A stretch of DNA of 64,000 nt from an uncultured Candidatus Saccharibacteria bacterium. Its GTDB lineage: Bacteria; Patescibacteriota; Minisyncoccia; Phycocordibacterales; UBA918. Position 1 is the stretch's first letter. The number at the start of each line of letters is the position of its first letter. The notes below the pieces were generated by a model that was given only the letters and a program-made list of their open reading frames with translations, had not been told where the DNA came from and did not search any database. A program made the position numbers and the translations under genes. The DNA is taken from the NCBI GenBank assembly GCA_964601615.1, contig CAZRNZ010000002.1, positions 73,339-137,338 of the forward strand, in the 5' to 3' direction. Shown here piece after piece: positions 1 to 10,021 of the stretch.

Positions 1-286
1 CAAAAACTCACAGTTAGAACACGCTCACCACTTCTGTTCAAGACAACAACTAACCCGACTATGTTATAGTCGGGTTAGTTCATTTTAAAGTTAGAAATTC
101 GAACATGATTTGTTAAAATCATGTTCGAGACGATAATTCTCTAAGCAAGCTTTCGCAATATAGAAAGTGACTAATGCGCTAAGGGAGTTCCCAGCGATTT
201 CACTCGATGGAGAAGACCAGAAAGTCCTCGCCACATCAATCAATTGCTTAGAGAATTATCGTCTCGACAAACGAGACATAAAAATA

Positions 287-320
287 GGCACCGAACACAA
301 TTTGTTACGGTGTCTTTTTT
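287..320 (+). terminator. Rho-independent terminator ending an upstream plus-strand transcript that starts outside the window
   Basis: GC stem (ggcaccg...cggtgtc) followed by a TTTTTTT run. The preceding 280 nt contain nested inverted repeats and no ORF. Confidence 0.5.
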
Positions 321-421
321 TCTACCAACCTATCTAAGAACTTCTCTATGATAGCATACTTGAGAAATTTGTCAAGCTCTTCCCTTTTACTTTCTAAAAA
401 TGAGCCTTATTTTAGTTATTT

Positions 422-1423
422 TTGTATAATACTTACATGACAAAGCCTCAACCAACTTTTACTAAAGACAACGCTGGCAACCTCGACCAAACTCTCCGTC
501 CACAAAGCTGGGATGAATATATTGGACAGTCCAAGATAAAAGAAAACCTTCGTATTCTACTTACTGCGGCCAAAGAAAGAGGTCATGCTGCTGAACACAT
601 ACTTTTATACGGCCCTCCAGGCTTAGGTAAAACCACCCTTGCTCACTTGATTGCCAAAACCCTCGGCACAAACATGCGTGTCACTTCTGGACCAGCTATT
701 GAACGTGTTGGCGACTTGGCTGCTATTTTGACAAACCTTTCCCCTGGTGATGTTTTGTTTATCGATGAGATTCATCGTCTCAGCAAAGCAATCGAGGAGG
801 TACTTTATCCGGCGATGGAATCAGGTGTGCTTGATATCATTATTGGTAAAGGTCCTTCTGCTCGTACTGTTCAACTGGAGCTTCCACCGTTTACTATGGT
901 TGCTGCTACCACCAGAATCTCCCTTCTCTCTTCCCCTCTTCGTTCACGTTTTTCTGGTGGAACCTTTCGACTAGATTTTTATACTGAGCAAGAAATTGCC
1001 GATATTTTAAAGCGCTCAGCTTCATTATTAGGAATGGATACAGACAACGATGTTTTAAAAAGTATTGCTATGAGATGTCGTGCTACACCAAGAACAGCCA
1101 ATTACTTACTGAAGCGATGTCGTGACCTAGCTCAGCTAGACAATAAATCAATTGATAAAGAAATTGTACAAAAGACTTTCTCCTTACTTGATATCGACAA
1201 TCTTGGATTGAGTAGACCAGACCGAGCGGTATTAGAATCAATTATCAATAAATTTGGCGGTGGACCCGTTGGTCTAAATACCATTGCAGCAGCGACGGGA
1301 GAGGAACCCTCGACCATCGAAGATGTTATTGAGCCGTATTTGATTCGCCTTGGACTATTAGACAGAACACCAAGAGGAAGAGTTGCTAGCGGCCTCGCTT
1401 ATAGTCATATAGAAAATATTTAA
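422..1423 (+). CDS. ruvB: Holliday junction branch migration ATPase RuvB
   Basis: Walker [16 protein letters not shown], Walker B DEIHRL and sensor region. Full-length 333 aa typical of RuvB. Confidence 0.95.
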   Translation: MYNTYMTKPQPTFTKDNAGNLDQTLRPQSWDEYIGQSKIKENLRILLTAAKERGHAAEHILLYGPPGLGKTTLAHLIAKTLGTNMRVTSGPAIERVGDLAAILTNLSPGDVLFIDEIHRLSKAIEEVLYPAMESGVLDIIIGKGPSARTVQLELPPFTMVAATTRISLLSSPLRSRFSGGTFRLDFYTEQEIADILKRSASLLGMDTDNDVLKSIAMRCRATPRTANYLLKRCRDLAQLDNKSIDKEIVQKTFSLLDIDNLGLSRPDRAVLESIINKFGGGPVGLNTIAAATGEEPSTIEDVIEPYLIRLGLLDRTPRGRVASGLAYSHIENI

Positions 1424-1434
1424 GAAAAAGATTT

Positions 1435-1983
1435 ATGTCAGGACATAATAAATGGAGTAAAATTAAACACAAAAAAGCAGCTACCGATGCTGTTAAAAGT
1501 AGAATTTTTTCCAAGCACTCGGCTTTAATTGCCATGGAATCAAGAAAAGCAGGTGGTGATACAAACTCACCAGGATTAGCAGCGGTTATCGATCGAGCTA
1601 AAAAAGACTCGATGCCAAAAGAAAATATTGATAGAGCTGTTGCCAAAGGAGCTGGAGCTGGTGGCGAAGCTTTGCAAGAAGTTATTTTTGAAGCATTTGG
1701 TCCAGGCGGAGTCGGCATATTAATTACCGCTGTAACCGACAATAATAATCGTACCTCTCAAGAAATAAGACACACTTTTACCAAGGCAGGATATTCTCTT
1801 GGAGCACCTGGCACATCCATGTGGGCTTTTACCAAAGACGCTACCGGTTACAAACCAAATAGTGTCGCTGAACTTTCTCTGGAAGATGGTACAAAACTTG
1901 CCGAACTAATAGAGTCGATAGAAGAACAGGAAGATGTACAAGACATCTACACCACTGCCGACTCTGAAGAAGAAACTTTATGA
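1435..1983 (+). CDS. yebC: YebC/PmpR family transcriptional regulator (short form, 182 aa)
   Basis: N-terminus MSGHNKWSKIKHKKAATDAVKSRIFSK is the YebC signature. It sits between ruvB and ruvC as in many bacteria. Confidence 0.8.
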   Translation: MSGHNKWSKIKHKKAATDAVKSRIFSKHSALIAMESRKAGGDTNSPGLAAVIDRAKKDSMPKENIDRAVAKGAGAGGEALQEVIFEAFGPGGVGILITAVTDNNNRTSQEIRHTFTKAGYSLGAPGTSMWAFTKDATGYKPNSVAELSLEDGTKLAELIESIEEQEDVQDIYTTADSEEETL

Positions 1984-2453
1984 GAGTGATCGCCGTAGAT
2001 CCAGGATATGACCGACTTGGAATAGCGGTAATGGAAAAAGAAAACAACCAAGAAAAGTTGTTGTTTTCTACTTGTATTCAAACAAACAAAAAAGATCCCC
2101 TGCCCCAAAGAATTATGGAGATGGGATTAGAGTTTGAAAAATTAGTTAATGAATACGAACCAAACATTTTAGCCATAGAAACTCTTTTCTTTAACAAGAA
2201 TCAAAAAACTGCTTTACAGGTTGCCGAGGCCCGCGGTGTAATAATCTATATTGGTAAGAAAAAAGATTGCCTCATCAGAGAATTTGGACCAAAGGAAGTT
2301 AAGGTAGCGGTTACTGGATATGGTGCTAGTGACAAAAAAGCTGTGATGGATATGCTGAAACGTCTAATCTCTGATTTACCAGAAAAAGCACTAGATGATG
2401 AGTACGACGCTATCGCAGTTGCTACCACAGCTTTGGCGCACGAAAGGTACTAA
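1980..2453 (+). CDS. ruvC: Crossover junction endodeoxyribonuclease RuvC
   Basis: MRVIAVDPGYDRLGIAV catalytic N-terminus and RNase H-like fold motifs. There is a 4-bp overlap with yebC. Confidence 0.9.
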   Translation: MRVIAVDPGYDRLGIAVMEKENNQEKLLFSTCIQTNKKDPLPQRIMEMGLEFEKLVNEYEPNILAIETLFFNKNQKTALQVAEARGVIIYIGKKKDCLIREFGPKEVKVAVTGYGASDKKAVMDMLKRLISDLPEKALDDEYDAIAVATTALAHERY

Positions 2454-2573
2454 GTACTTGTCATAATTAAACTTCAGTGGTCTTAACTTAAAAAAACACC
2501 TATAAACACTTGCATACAAAATCTATTGCGATAAAATCCTTTTTCGAAACAGAAGATAAATTCAAAAGAAATT

Positions 2574-2837
2574 ATGATGACACACACAGACCACAACGAA
2601 GAGGAAGATTTTGAAGGTGAAGATGCTGACGCAAGTATTGACGACTCAATGCTTGATGAAATTAGTGAAACCGACAGCGGCGATGACGAGGTTGAGGGTT
2701 TTGGTCACATAAAAGAGGACGAGGGGGGTGATGACGAAGAAGAAAAGGAAGGAGACGAGGAAGAAGTTAATGATGAATTAGAAGATGATGCGGAAGATGT
2801 GGACTATGATTCTTTTGATGATGAGGACTATCTTTAA
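2574..2837 (+). CDS. Highly acidic (D/E-rich) small hypothetical protein
   Basis: 87-aa ORF, more than 50% Asp/Glu, followed by a strong bidirectional terminator. Coding status uncertain. Confidence 0.35.
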   Translation: MMTHTDHNEEEDFEGEDADASIDDSMLDEISETDSGDDEVEGFGHIKEDEGGDDEEEKEGDEEEVNDELEDDAEDVDYDSFDDEDYL

Positions 2838-2853
2838 TTTTAGATAAGATAAA

Positions 2854-2884
2854 AGAGCGGGAAGCCTTCGGCCTCCCGCTCTTT
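2854..2884. terminator. Bidirectional Rho-independent terminator between the acidic ORF and tyrS
   Basis: agagcgggaagccttcggcctcccgctct hairpin flanked by A and T runs. Confidence 0.7.
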
Positions 2885-2897
2885 TATCTTTTACAAC

Positions 2898-4139
2898 CTA
2901 AACCAACACTACTAAATTCTTCTTACCTCTCCGAAGAAGAGCGATATCAGTAAAATCAATTACAAAATTTAAGTCTACGATTTTTTCACCAGAGAAAATT
3001 ACAGCTCCACTAGAAATAAACTCTCGAGCTTCACGCTTACTTGAAGCCAGATTAGTTTCAACCAACACATCAACCAAATCTTTTCCTTTTGCACCAGCAA
3101 AAGTCGGAGCATTTTGCTTCAACATACTTTTTTCAGCATCTGATAAATCAGAAAGTCCTACATCACCAAACAAAATTCCAGAAACCAAAGATGCTGCTTC
3201 AGTATTTTCACTTCCATGAACAAAACTAGTCACTTCTGCTGCCAATCTTTTTTGAGCAAATCTTTGACCCATAGAAGCCTCGTGTTCATTTTTGATAGAT
3301 TCAATTTCTTCAAGACTGATGAAAGTATAAATCTTTAGGTAGTCAATGACTTTTTCATCCTCAACATTCAACCAGAATTGATAAAACTGATAAGGAGTGG
3401 TTTTTTCTCCCGAGAGCCAAACAGCATTGCCCTCGCTTTTACCAAACTTCTTTCCCGAAGCATCGGTAATCAATGGAAAAGAGAAAGCAAAAACTTCTTT
3501 CCCTTCCCTTTTACGAATCAAATCAACACCAGAAAGCACATTGGTCCACTGGTCGCTGCCACCAAGCTGTAAATCAACTCCATAACGGCGGTTTAGTTCC
3601 CAATAATCATAAGCCTGCAAAAGTGAGTAGGTAAACTCTGTATAAGAAATACTATCATCAGGATTGTCCAACCTTCTTTTAATCAAATCACGTTTGATAA
3701 GCTCATTAACAGTAAAATGTTTTCCAACATCTCGTAAAAAAGGAATTAACTTTACCTCACGCAGCCACTCTGCGTTATTAACCATAACCAGACCAGATTC
3801 TGCGCCCAACATACTATCCAACTGCAATCTAATCGCTTCTGCGTTTTGATCAATAATATCTTCAGACAACAAAACTCGCTCTCCCTTTTCTTTTGGATCA
3901 CCAATCATTCCAGTACCACCGCCCACTAGCAAAACTGGTTTATGTCCACCTAAGACCAAGCGCTTCATTAAGACAATCCAGGCCAAATGTCCGACATGGA
4001 GTGAGTCGGCTGTTGGATCAGAGCCAATGTAAACAGTTCTTTGTTCTGCAAAAATCTTCTCTGGATCGGCTGAAGAATCATATATCAGCCCTCTTTGTCT
4101 TAATTCATCTACCAATTTCATACCCATCGAGTTTAACAT
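2898..4139 (-). CDS. tyrS: Tyrosyl-tRNA synthetase
   Basis: HIGH motif (HVGHL), KMSKS motif (KFGKS) and a C-terminal S4-like domain. The ORF-track N-terminal extension was trimmed to an internal Met (alternative start at 4121, MKLVDEL). Confidence 0.92.
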   Translation of the reverse strand: MLNSMGMKLVDELRQRGLIYDSSADPEKIFAEQRTVYIGSDPTADSLHVGHLAWIVLMKRLVLGGHKPVLLVGGGTGMIGDPKEKGERVLLSEDIIDQNAEAIRLQLDSMLGAESGLVMVNNAEWLREVKLIPFLRDVGKHFTVNELIKRDLIKRRLDNPDDSISYTEFTYSLLQAYDYWELNRRYGVDLQLGGSDQWTNVLSGVDLIRKREGKEVFAFSFPLITDASGKKFGKSEGNAVWLSGEKTTPYQFYQFWLNVEDEKVIDYLKIYTFISLEEIESIKNEHEASMGQRFAQKRLAAEVTSFVHGSENTEAASLVSGILFGDVGLSDLSDAEKSMLKQNAPTFAGAKGKDLVDVLVETNLASSKREAREFISSGAVIFSGEKIVDLNFVIDFTDIALLRRGKKNLVVLV

Positions 4140-4184
4140 AAAGTTGTTAATTACTGTTATTATGGCAATATTACGAAATTTAAA

Positions 4185-6452
4185 ATGACAAACAAACAAA
4201 TCAAGCCTAAAAAGAAAGAAAGTTGGATAAAAGAGAGGTTGTCCGACATGGCAATTTTAGTGCTAGTTATTGGTTTTATTGGTGCTGGTGCCCTACTTAT
4301 TTTCATATCTACTCTGGACATTCCAGATCTTTCTTCTTTTGACCAAAGAAGAGTTTTACAATCCACAAAAATCTATGACCGCACCGGAGAAATCGTTCTT
4401 TATGACCTAAACCAAGATGTAAAAAGAACTGCTGTTCCCTATGAAAACATCTCTCACCATATCAAAAACGCCACTATCGCCATCGAAGACGATACCTTCT
4501 TTTCTCACTTAGGAGTTCGTCCCCTCGCTATTGTTAGAGCAGGAATTCAAAACCTTATTGGTGGTGATTTACGTGGACAAGGAGGATCAACAATCACACA
4601 ACAAGTAATCAAAAACGCTCTTCTTAGTCGAGAAAAATCATATATAAGAAAAATGAAGGAAGCAATTCTTGCTCTCCGTCTAGAACAAGTTTTAAGTAAG
4701 GAAGAAATTCTTTGGTATTACTTAAATGAAAATCCTTACGGAGGAACTATATATGGTGTTGAGGAAGCTAGTCGTGCTTTCTTCAACAAATCTGCAGCCG
4801 AAGTTACTCTGGCTGAATCTGCTTACCTAGCTGCAATTCCACAAGCCCCCACCTACTACTCCCCGTACGGAAATAATCGTGATGCTCTTGAGGTAAGAAA
4901 AAACCGCGTCTTGGATAGAATGGAAGATTTGGGTTTTATTTCTGAAGAAGAATACAATAACGCTAAAGCTGAAACAGTGGAATTTTCTAGTGCTGCTAAT
5001 ACAGGAATTAAGGCACCCCACTTTGTAATGTATATAAGAGAATACTTGGCAGAAAAATACGGTGAGGAAGACCTGGCAACTCGTGGCCTCAAGGTAATAA
5101 CGACTCTTGATTATGATTTACAATCTGATGCAGAAGAAATCGTAAAAGAGTACGCAATAAAAAACGAAACACAGTTCAATGCTTCAAACGCCTCCCTAGT
5201 AGCGATGGACCCAAAATCTGGTGACATTCTCACAATGGTTGGTTCTCGTGACTATTTTGATGAAAATATTGACGGTAATTACAATATTGCCCTAGCAATG
5301 CGTCAACCAGGTTCTGCTATCAAGCCTTTTATTTATGCTAAAGCTTTTGAAAAAGGATATACGCCAGCCACCACCCTGTTTGATGTGCAGACACAATTTT
5401 CAACATCCTGTGACCCAGGAAACACAACGTCTGAAGACGGGTGTTATTCACCAAACAACTACGACAATGCTTTCCGAGGTCCTGTTTCTATCAGAAGCGC
5501 TTTAGCTCAATCACTTAACATTCCAGCAGTAAAAACTCTTTATTTGGCTGGAATGCAAGATTCTATAAAATTAGCTCGTGACGCTGGATTGGCAACTCTT
5601 ACTGATTGGCGTAGATATGGACTTACTCTTGTGCTTGGAGGTGGTGAAGTAAGGTTAATCGACATGACTGAAGCATATGGAGTTTTTGCTAATGAAGGAT
5701 TAAAAATGCCTATCAGAAGCATTATTCGTGTTGAAGACAATACTGGTAATGTTTTAGAAAATAATGAACAACTTCCGGAAGGACAACGAGTTATGGACAG
5801 AGATGCTGCCTTACAAATTTCTGACATACTTTCTGATAACGTAGCCAGAACCCCTTTATATGGTGCAAACTCACTTCTTTATTTTGGTGAAGGAATTGAT
5901 GTTGCAGCAAAAACAGGTACCACAAACGATCGTCGTGATGCTTGGATATTTGGCTATACACCAAACATTGTAGTAGGAGCTTGGGCTGGAAATAACGGCA
6001 ATCAATCAATGAATGAAATTTCAGGGTTAATCATTTCTCCTCTATGGCGAGCGTTTATGGATGTAGCGATGGCAAAACTAGATCAAGAGCAATTCCCTAA
6101 CCCAGCCCCGATTCCAGACGATATTAAACCAGTTTTGCGCTCTAATGGCATGGTTGTAGACGCAACATCACTTGTTGGAAACTTAGACGGAAACACTAAT
6201 GTTGGAGACCTTCTAAACGCTATGTATGACAACACACATACAATCTTACACTTTGTAGATAAAGACAATCCTCGTGGACCATACCCTTCCAACCCTGCTC
6301 GCGATCCGCAGTATTATTTATGGGAGTACGGAGTAACTGTTTGGAAAAATAATCAATTCGGCAGAAATAATAATTCTGAAGGAGAGGGAGACCAAAACTC
6401 ATCTGAAGAACAAGAAAATTCTGAAGGAGAAGATATTGGAAGTAGACAATAA
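4185..6452 (+). CDS. Class A penicillin-binding protein (glycosyltransferase + transpeptidase, PBP1A family)
   Basis: N-terminal TM anchor, GT51 motif IEDDTFFSHLGV, transpeptidase motifs SAIK (SxxK) and KTGTT, and an acidic low-complexity C-terminal tail. Confidence 0.9.
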   Translation: MTNKQIKPKKKESWIKERLSDMAILVLVIGFIGAGALLIFISTLDIPDLSSFDQRRVLQSTKIYDRTGEIVLYDLNQDVKRTAVPYENISHHIKNATIAIEDDTFFSHLGVRPLAIVRAGIQNLIGGDLRGQGGSTITQQVIKNALLSREKSYIRKMKEAILALRLEQVLSKEEILWYYLNENPYGGTIYGVEEASRAFFNKSAAEVTLAESAYLAAIPQAPTYYSPYGNNRDALEVRKNRVLDRMEDLGFISEEEYNNAKAETVEFSSAANTGIKAPHFVMYIREYLAEKYGEEDLATRGLKVITTLDYDLQSDAEEIVKEYAIKNETQFNASNASLVAMDPKSGDILTMVGSRDYFDENIDGNYNIALAMRQPGSAIKPFIYAKAFEKGYTPATTLFDVQTQFSTSCDPGNTTSEDGCYSPNNYDNAFRGPVSIRSALAQSLNIPAVKTLYLAGMQDSIKLARDAGLATLTDWRRYGLTLVLGGGEVRLIDMTEAYGVFANEGLKMPIRSIIRVEDNTGNVLENNEQLPEGQRVMDRDAALQISDILSDNVARTPLYGANSLLYFGEGIDVAAKTGTTNDRRDAWIFGYTPNIVVGAWAGNNGNQSMNEISGLIISPLWRAFMDVAMAKLDQEQFPNPAPIPDDIKPVLRSNGMVVDATSLVGNLDGNTNVGDLLNAMYDNTHTILHFVDKDNPRGPYPSNPARDPQYYLWEYGVTVWKNNQFGRNNNSEGEGDQNSSEEQENSEGEDIGSRQ

Positions 6453-6454
6453 TG

Positions 6455-6481
6455 AAAGTGCCGCCCTTCGGGCGGCACTTT
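6455..6481. terminator. Bidirectional terminator
   Basis: aaagtgccgcccttcgggcggcacttt hairpin between convergent genes. Confidence 0.7.
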
Positions 6482-6488
6482 TATTCAC

Positions 6489-6773
6489 TCATATTATCCT
6501 CTCTGGCGCATTCTTCTTCCCTATTCTCCCTACAATATGAGAAATAATTTCTTTTTCATGGAGCTTTAATTCCATTTTAAAAGGTCCGTAACCAGTAACA
6601 GACAATGTTTTTGTGGAAGTTGTATATCGCACAAACTTCTTATCAAGCTTTATTTCAAACATATCCTCCACAACCTCTAAAAACGCATCTATGACTGTTG
6701 ATTCTGGAGCTATGAGTATCTCTTTATATTTACTAAAAAGAGCGGAAAGCTGCTTTAATTCTCCTCTAGCCAT
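6489..6773 (-). CDS. Small protein downstream of dnaN, possible DUF721/DciA-like helicase-loader accessory
   Basis: 94-aa ORF immediately downstream of dnaN with a 4-bp gap. Weak pattern resemblance to DUF721 (VR..T...LSV ... ELKL..KEIISHI). Function inferred from context only. Confidence 0.4.
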   Translation of the reverse strand: MARGELKQLSALFSKYKEILIAPESTVIDAFLEVVEDMFEIKLDKKFVRYTTSTKTLSVTGYGPFKMELKLHEKEIISHIVGRIGKKNAPERII

Positions 6774-6776
6774 GAA

Positions 6777-7871
6777 CTATTTATTCATAGGCATCACTAG
6801 ATAACGAATTGTATTATCACTAACGCCTTTAATTATGAGAGGTCGTCCAATTCCAGAAAACTGCATATTTATACTATCGTCAGAAAAATGACTCAAACAC
6901 TCTGATAAGTAACGCTGGTTAAAATTAAGCGTAATTTCATCTCCAGTAGTTTCTGCTCTGATTGATTCAGTAGTAGTTCCAGACTCCCCTCCTACAGCTG
7001 AAGCAGTTAAGGAATTATTGGTTACATAAATTCCAACTTGGAAAAATTTATTTAAGAAAATATTTGTCTTTCTAAAAACACGACTCAGGTCTTCTCGCAA
7101 AACCGTAGCTGAAGAAGAAAATTCTTTTGGCATAATTTGTTCATAATCAGGAAAAGAGCCAGCCACAAGTCTTGAGGTAACATAAACACCCTCGGTAAAT
7201 TCCAAGGAAAACTGATTTTCATTAAATCGACAGACAGGATCACTTTCTACCGCATCTAAAATACGAGCAATTTCAATAGCATTCTTTTGTGGAATTAAAA
7301 CTGAACTATCAAAAATAACTCCTTTTTGTGGAACTGTTTTTTCCATCAATCTAAAAGAGTCTGTTGTTACAAAAGTTAAAGAATGCTCTTTCTTTTGAAA
7401 GACATAAACACTTCCAAGCTCAGGCTTAATGAGTGACTGAGATGCAGCGAATGCTGCAGACTTAATTCCCAAGCTGAACATTTGATTAACAATAGTTTGT
7501 CCACTTCCTTCAATTCTTGGAATTGAAGGAAACTCATCTGGAGAAACAGCCTTGATCATAGTCTCAGAACTATTACCTTCTACAATCAAAGAATTGCCGT
7601 CTAAACGGAGCGTAATCTCTTTTTCTGTACCCAGGTTGATTGTTTGTATTAAAACACTAGCAGGGACTGCTACCTCGCCAATCTCAGCGTTCTTTGCTTC
7701 AACATCAGCTTCAATACCAATCTCTAAATTAGTAGCTGAGATAGTTAGTTTACTTTCTGTAACTTTAAGTAGAACACACTGTAAGACAGGTAGTGTTAAA
7801 TGTTTTGTACTTATCTTTCCGACCATCTCTAACCTCTTTAGAAAAGATTCTCTATTTAACGTTACTTTCAT
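6777..7871 (-). CDS. dnaN: DNA polymerase III beta sliding clamp
   Basis: Three-domain clamp, about 365 aa from MKVTLNRESFL. The ORF-track N-terminal 34-aa extension runs into the AT-rich origin region and was trimmed. Confidence 0.9.
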   Translation of the reverse strand: MKVTLNRESFLKRLEMVGKISTKHLTLPVLQCVLLKVTESKLTISATNLEIGIEADVEAKNAEIGEVAVPASVLIQTINLGTEKEITLRLDGNSLIVEGNSSETMIKAVSPDEFPSIPRIEGSGQTIVNQMFSLGIKSAAFAASQSLIKPELGSVYVFQKKEHSLTFVTTDSFRLMEKTVPQKGVIFDSSVLIPQKNAIEIARILDAVESDPVCRFNENQFSLEFTEGVYVTSRLVAGSFPDYEQIMPKEFSSSATVLREDLSRVFRKTNIFLNKFFQVGIYVTNNSLTASAVGGESGTTTESIRAETTGDEITLNFNQRYLSECLSHFSDDSINMQFSGIGRPLIIKGVSDNTIRYLVMPMNK

Positions 7872-8183
7872 AGTATCCACATTATATCGCGATTGTTGTG
7901 GATTGTCGTATATTATTTTTTTCTTTCTTCTTTTCTCTTTATTATTAGGGGTGTTGATTGCTGGATAAGTCAAAAATACTTTTGTAAATAAGGATATTTT
8001 TCATGTTTAATATCCACAGGTGTAACTTAGTAATGTTGGATATAACTGTTGGTAACTGTCTTTTCTGGATAAGGTGGAATATATACACCTTTTTACCCAC
8101 AATTAATATGAGTCATAAACAGCAAAAAATCACTATTTATTCACATGTTATTCACAAGGATTGCACAGATTATTTATTAATTA
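7872..8183. other. Candidate oriC between dnaA and dnaN, with DnaA-box-like 9-mers and an AT-rich unwinding region
   Basis: TTATNCACA-like boxes at about 8009 (atatccaca), 8094 (ttacccaca), 8146 and 8158 (ttattcaca). AT-rich run at 7890-7960. Confidence 0.55.
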
Positions 8184-8212
8184 AAGAGTCGCACCGAAGG
8201 TGCGACTCTTTA
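8184..8212 (-). terminator. dnaA terminator
   Basis: aaagagtcgcaccgaaggtgcgactcttt hairpin directly after the dnaA stop at 8216. Confidence 0.7.
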
Positions 8213-8215
8213 ATT

Positions 8216-9595
8216 TTATTTTAATAACATTCTAATCTGAGCTATCTCCTCTTCTAGATTCGAATCACTCTTCAGTTCGTTTTTTATCTTCTCGCAAGAA
8301 TGAATTACTGTTGTATGGTCTCTCCCTCCCAACTTTTGTCCGATAGTTGGATAAGAAACTGAAAAGTCTTCTCGTAGAATATACATTATCAGCTGACGAG
8401 GTTTAACTACTTCCTTCCGTCTGGTTTTTTCGTAGATACTTTTTGGATCAATATTAAAGTACTGCGCAACCTTTTCTACTACGTCATCAATCGCCATGCT
8501 ACGCCTAGGGCGGGTACTGTTTTTGATAATAGTTCTAACTTCCTCAAGGTTCAAAACCCTGCCCAAAAGTTGTGATTGACACATTATTGAGTTAAGTGCC
8601 CCTTCTAATTCGCGAATATTACCACTGACAGATTCAGCTAGGTGGTCGATAACTTCAGGATCTAGCGTGATACTGTTTTGAGCCGCTTTAGCTTTTAGGA
8701 TTGCTGCTCTAGATTCTAAATCTGGTGCAGGTATATCAACAATCATTCCGGCAGCAAATCGTGATTGTAAGCGTTCTTCCATGCCAGAAAGTAGGGCTGG
8801 ATGAATATCACTAGAAAAAACAATCTGCTTGTTGTTGTCGTGAAGAGTGTTAAACAAATGGAATAGTTCTTCTTGAGTTTTTTCCTTACTGTTTAAAAAC
8901 TGGACATCGTCCATTACCAGAACATCGTACTGACGGTACTTGTCCTTGAAGCTGTTAGCAGTTCCGCTTTGAAGTGAGTTGAAATAATCTACAGTAAAAC
9001 GTTCGGCTGTAACATAAAAAACTTTTTTTCCGCTTTGTTTTATCTTGTTCCCTACTGCTTGAATAAGGTGGGTTTTTCCGTGACCAGTTTTTCCATAAAT
9101 AAATAATGGATTATATGCAATTCCAGGTCGTTCGCTAACTGTTTTTGCAGCAGCATGAGCAAGGGCGTTGAATGGCCCAATAACAAAAGTATCAAAAGAA
9201 TACTTAGGATTTAGGTTATCGCTTTTGTTTATATAGTACTCTTCTAATGGTAAAGCAGAATTTACGTTTGAAGTACGGCTTTCTTGTCTTTTTTCACTTC
9301 TCTGTACAACTGTGTATTCAATATTTCGTACAAACGGTGCGTTTTCACGCAGTACGCGCAGAATCATCGATTGAAACTTGTCTTGCAACCAATCTCTTAC
9401 AAAAACACTTGGAACGCCAAGAGTTATAGTGCCGTCCTCAAGAGAGACTATACGAGTGTCGCGAAACCAAGTCTTAAAGTTAGCTGGAGTAATTGCTAAC
9501 TCGATACTAACTAAAACGTCATCCCATAACTTTTTAATATCAACCTGTTCTGATGTAATAAGACTGTTCACGATCGATGGTGATATTTGATTCAT
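8216..9595 (-). CDS. dnaA: Chromosomal replication initiator DnaA
   Basis: AAA+ Walker A GKTGHGKTHLIQAVGN, Walker B VLVMDDVQFL, and C-terminal DNA-binding domain with the HTTV motif. Confidence 0.95.
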   Translation of the reverse strand: MNQISPSIVNSLITSEQVDIKKLWDDVLVSIELAITPANFKTWFRDTRIVSLEDGTITLGVPSVFVRDWLQDKFQSMILRVLRENAPFVRNIEYTVVQRSEKRQESRTSNVNSALPLEEYYINKSDNLNPKYSFDTFVIGPFNALAHAAAKTVSERPGIAYNPLFIYGKTGHGKTHLIQAVGNKIKQSGKKVFYVTAERFTVDYFNSLQSGTANSFKDKYRQYDVLVMDDVQFLNSKEKTQEELFHLFNTLHDNNKQIVFSSDIHPALLSGMEERLQSRFAAGMIVDIPAPDLESRAAILKAKAAQNSITLDPEVIDHLAESVSGNIRELEGALNSIMCQSQLLGRVLNLEEVRTIIKNSTRPRRSMAIDDVVEKVAQYFNIDPKSIYEKTRRKEVVKPRQLIMYILREDFSVSYPTIGQKLGGRDHTTVIHSCEKIKNELKSDSNLEEEIAQIRMLLK

Positions 9596-9726
9596 AACCG
9601 TTTAAGTGAAGATGGCGAGTAACAACTGGTGATTAGTGCTTTGAATTATACCCTCCCAAAAATACCTGTAAACTTTTTTGATAAAAACCAATAAAACTAA
9701 CCGCTTTCGCTCCGGAAAATGTCTAG

Positions 9727-9746
9727 TGTGGATAAGTTGGGGATAA
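9727..9746. promoter_or_regulatory. Tandem DnaA boxes in the dnaA/rpmH divergent intergenic region
   Basis: tgtggataa (perfect TTATCCACA on the minus strand) followed by tggggataa (one mismatch). Confidence 0.55.
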
Positions 9747-9822
9747 TAATTTTTGCGATAGATAAAGTACTTGAAATAACCGAAAAACAGTGTATATTGG
9801 GGCAACTTGTAAAAATCAATGT

Positions 9823-9972
9823 ATGTCTAAAAGAACTTACCAACCAAGTAAAAAGAAAAGAATGACTACTCACGGTTTTCTTGCTCGCAAGAATAGCCCT
9901 AAAGGAAGCAATGTTCTTTTGGCTCGTCGCCGTAAAGGTCGCGCCAATCTTGCAGTGAAACCAAGTCGATAA
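9823..9972 (+). CDS. rpmH: 50S ribosomal protein L34
   Basis: [13 protein letters not shown]...GFLARK...VLARRRKGR matches the L34 consensus. Start trimmed to an internal Met. Confidence 0.9.
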   Translation: MSKRTYQPSKKKRMTTHGFLARKNSPKGSNVLLARRRKGRANLAVKPSR

Positions 9973-10021
9973 TTTCTTTCGAAAAAATCTAAGGCCAGAA
10001 TAACTGGCACACAACAGTATT

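Noticed and set aside
747-974. Numerous 60-140-aa ORFs nested in or antisense to large conserved genes (for example 747-974, 1386-1742, 3378-3572, 7552-7968, 24171-24494, 53381-53839)
   Set aside because: They overlap well-supported genes in alternative frames and have biased or low-complexity composition. They are typical spurious ORFs.
6777-7973. ORF-track N-terminal extensions of dnaN (to 7973) and tyrS (to 4199)
   Set aside because: The extensions are AT-rich or low-complexity and lack homology. Internal Mets (7871; 4139 or 4121) give canonical N-termini.
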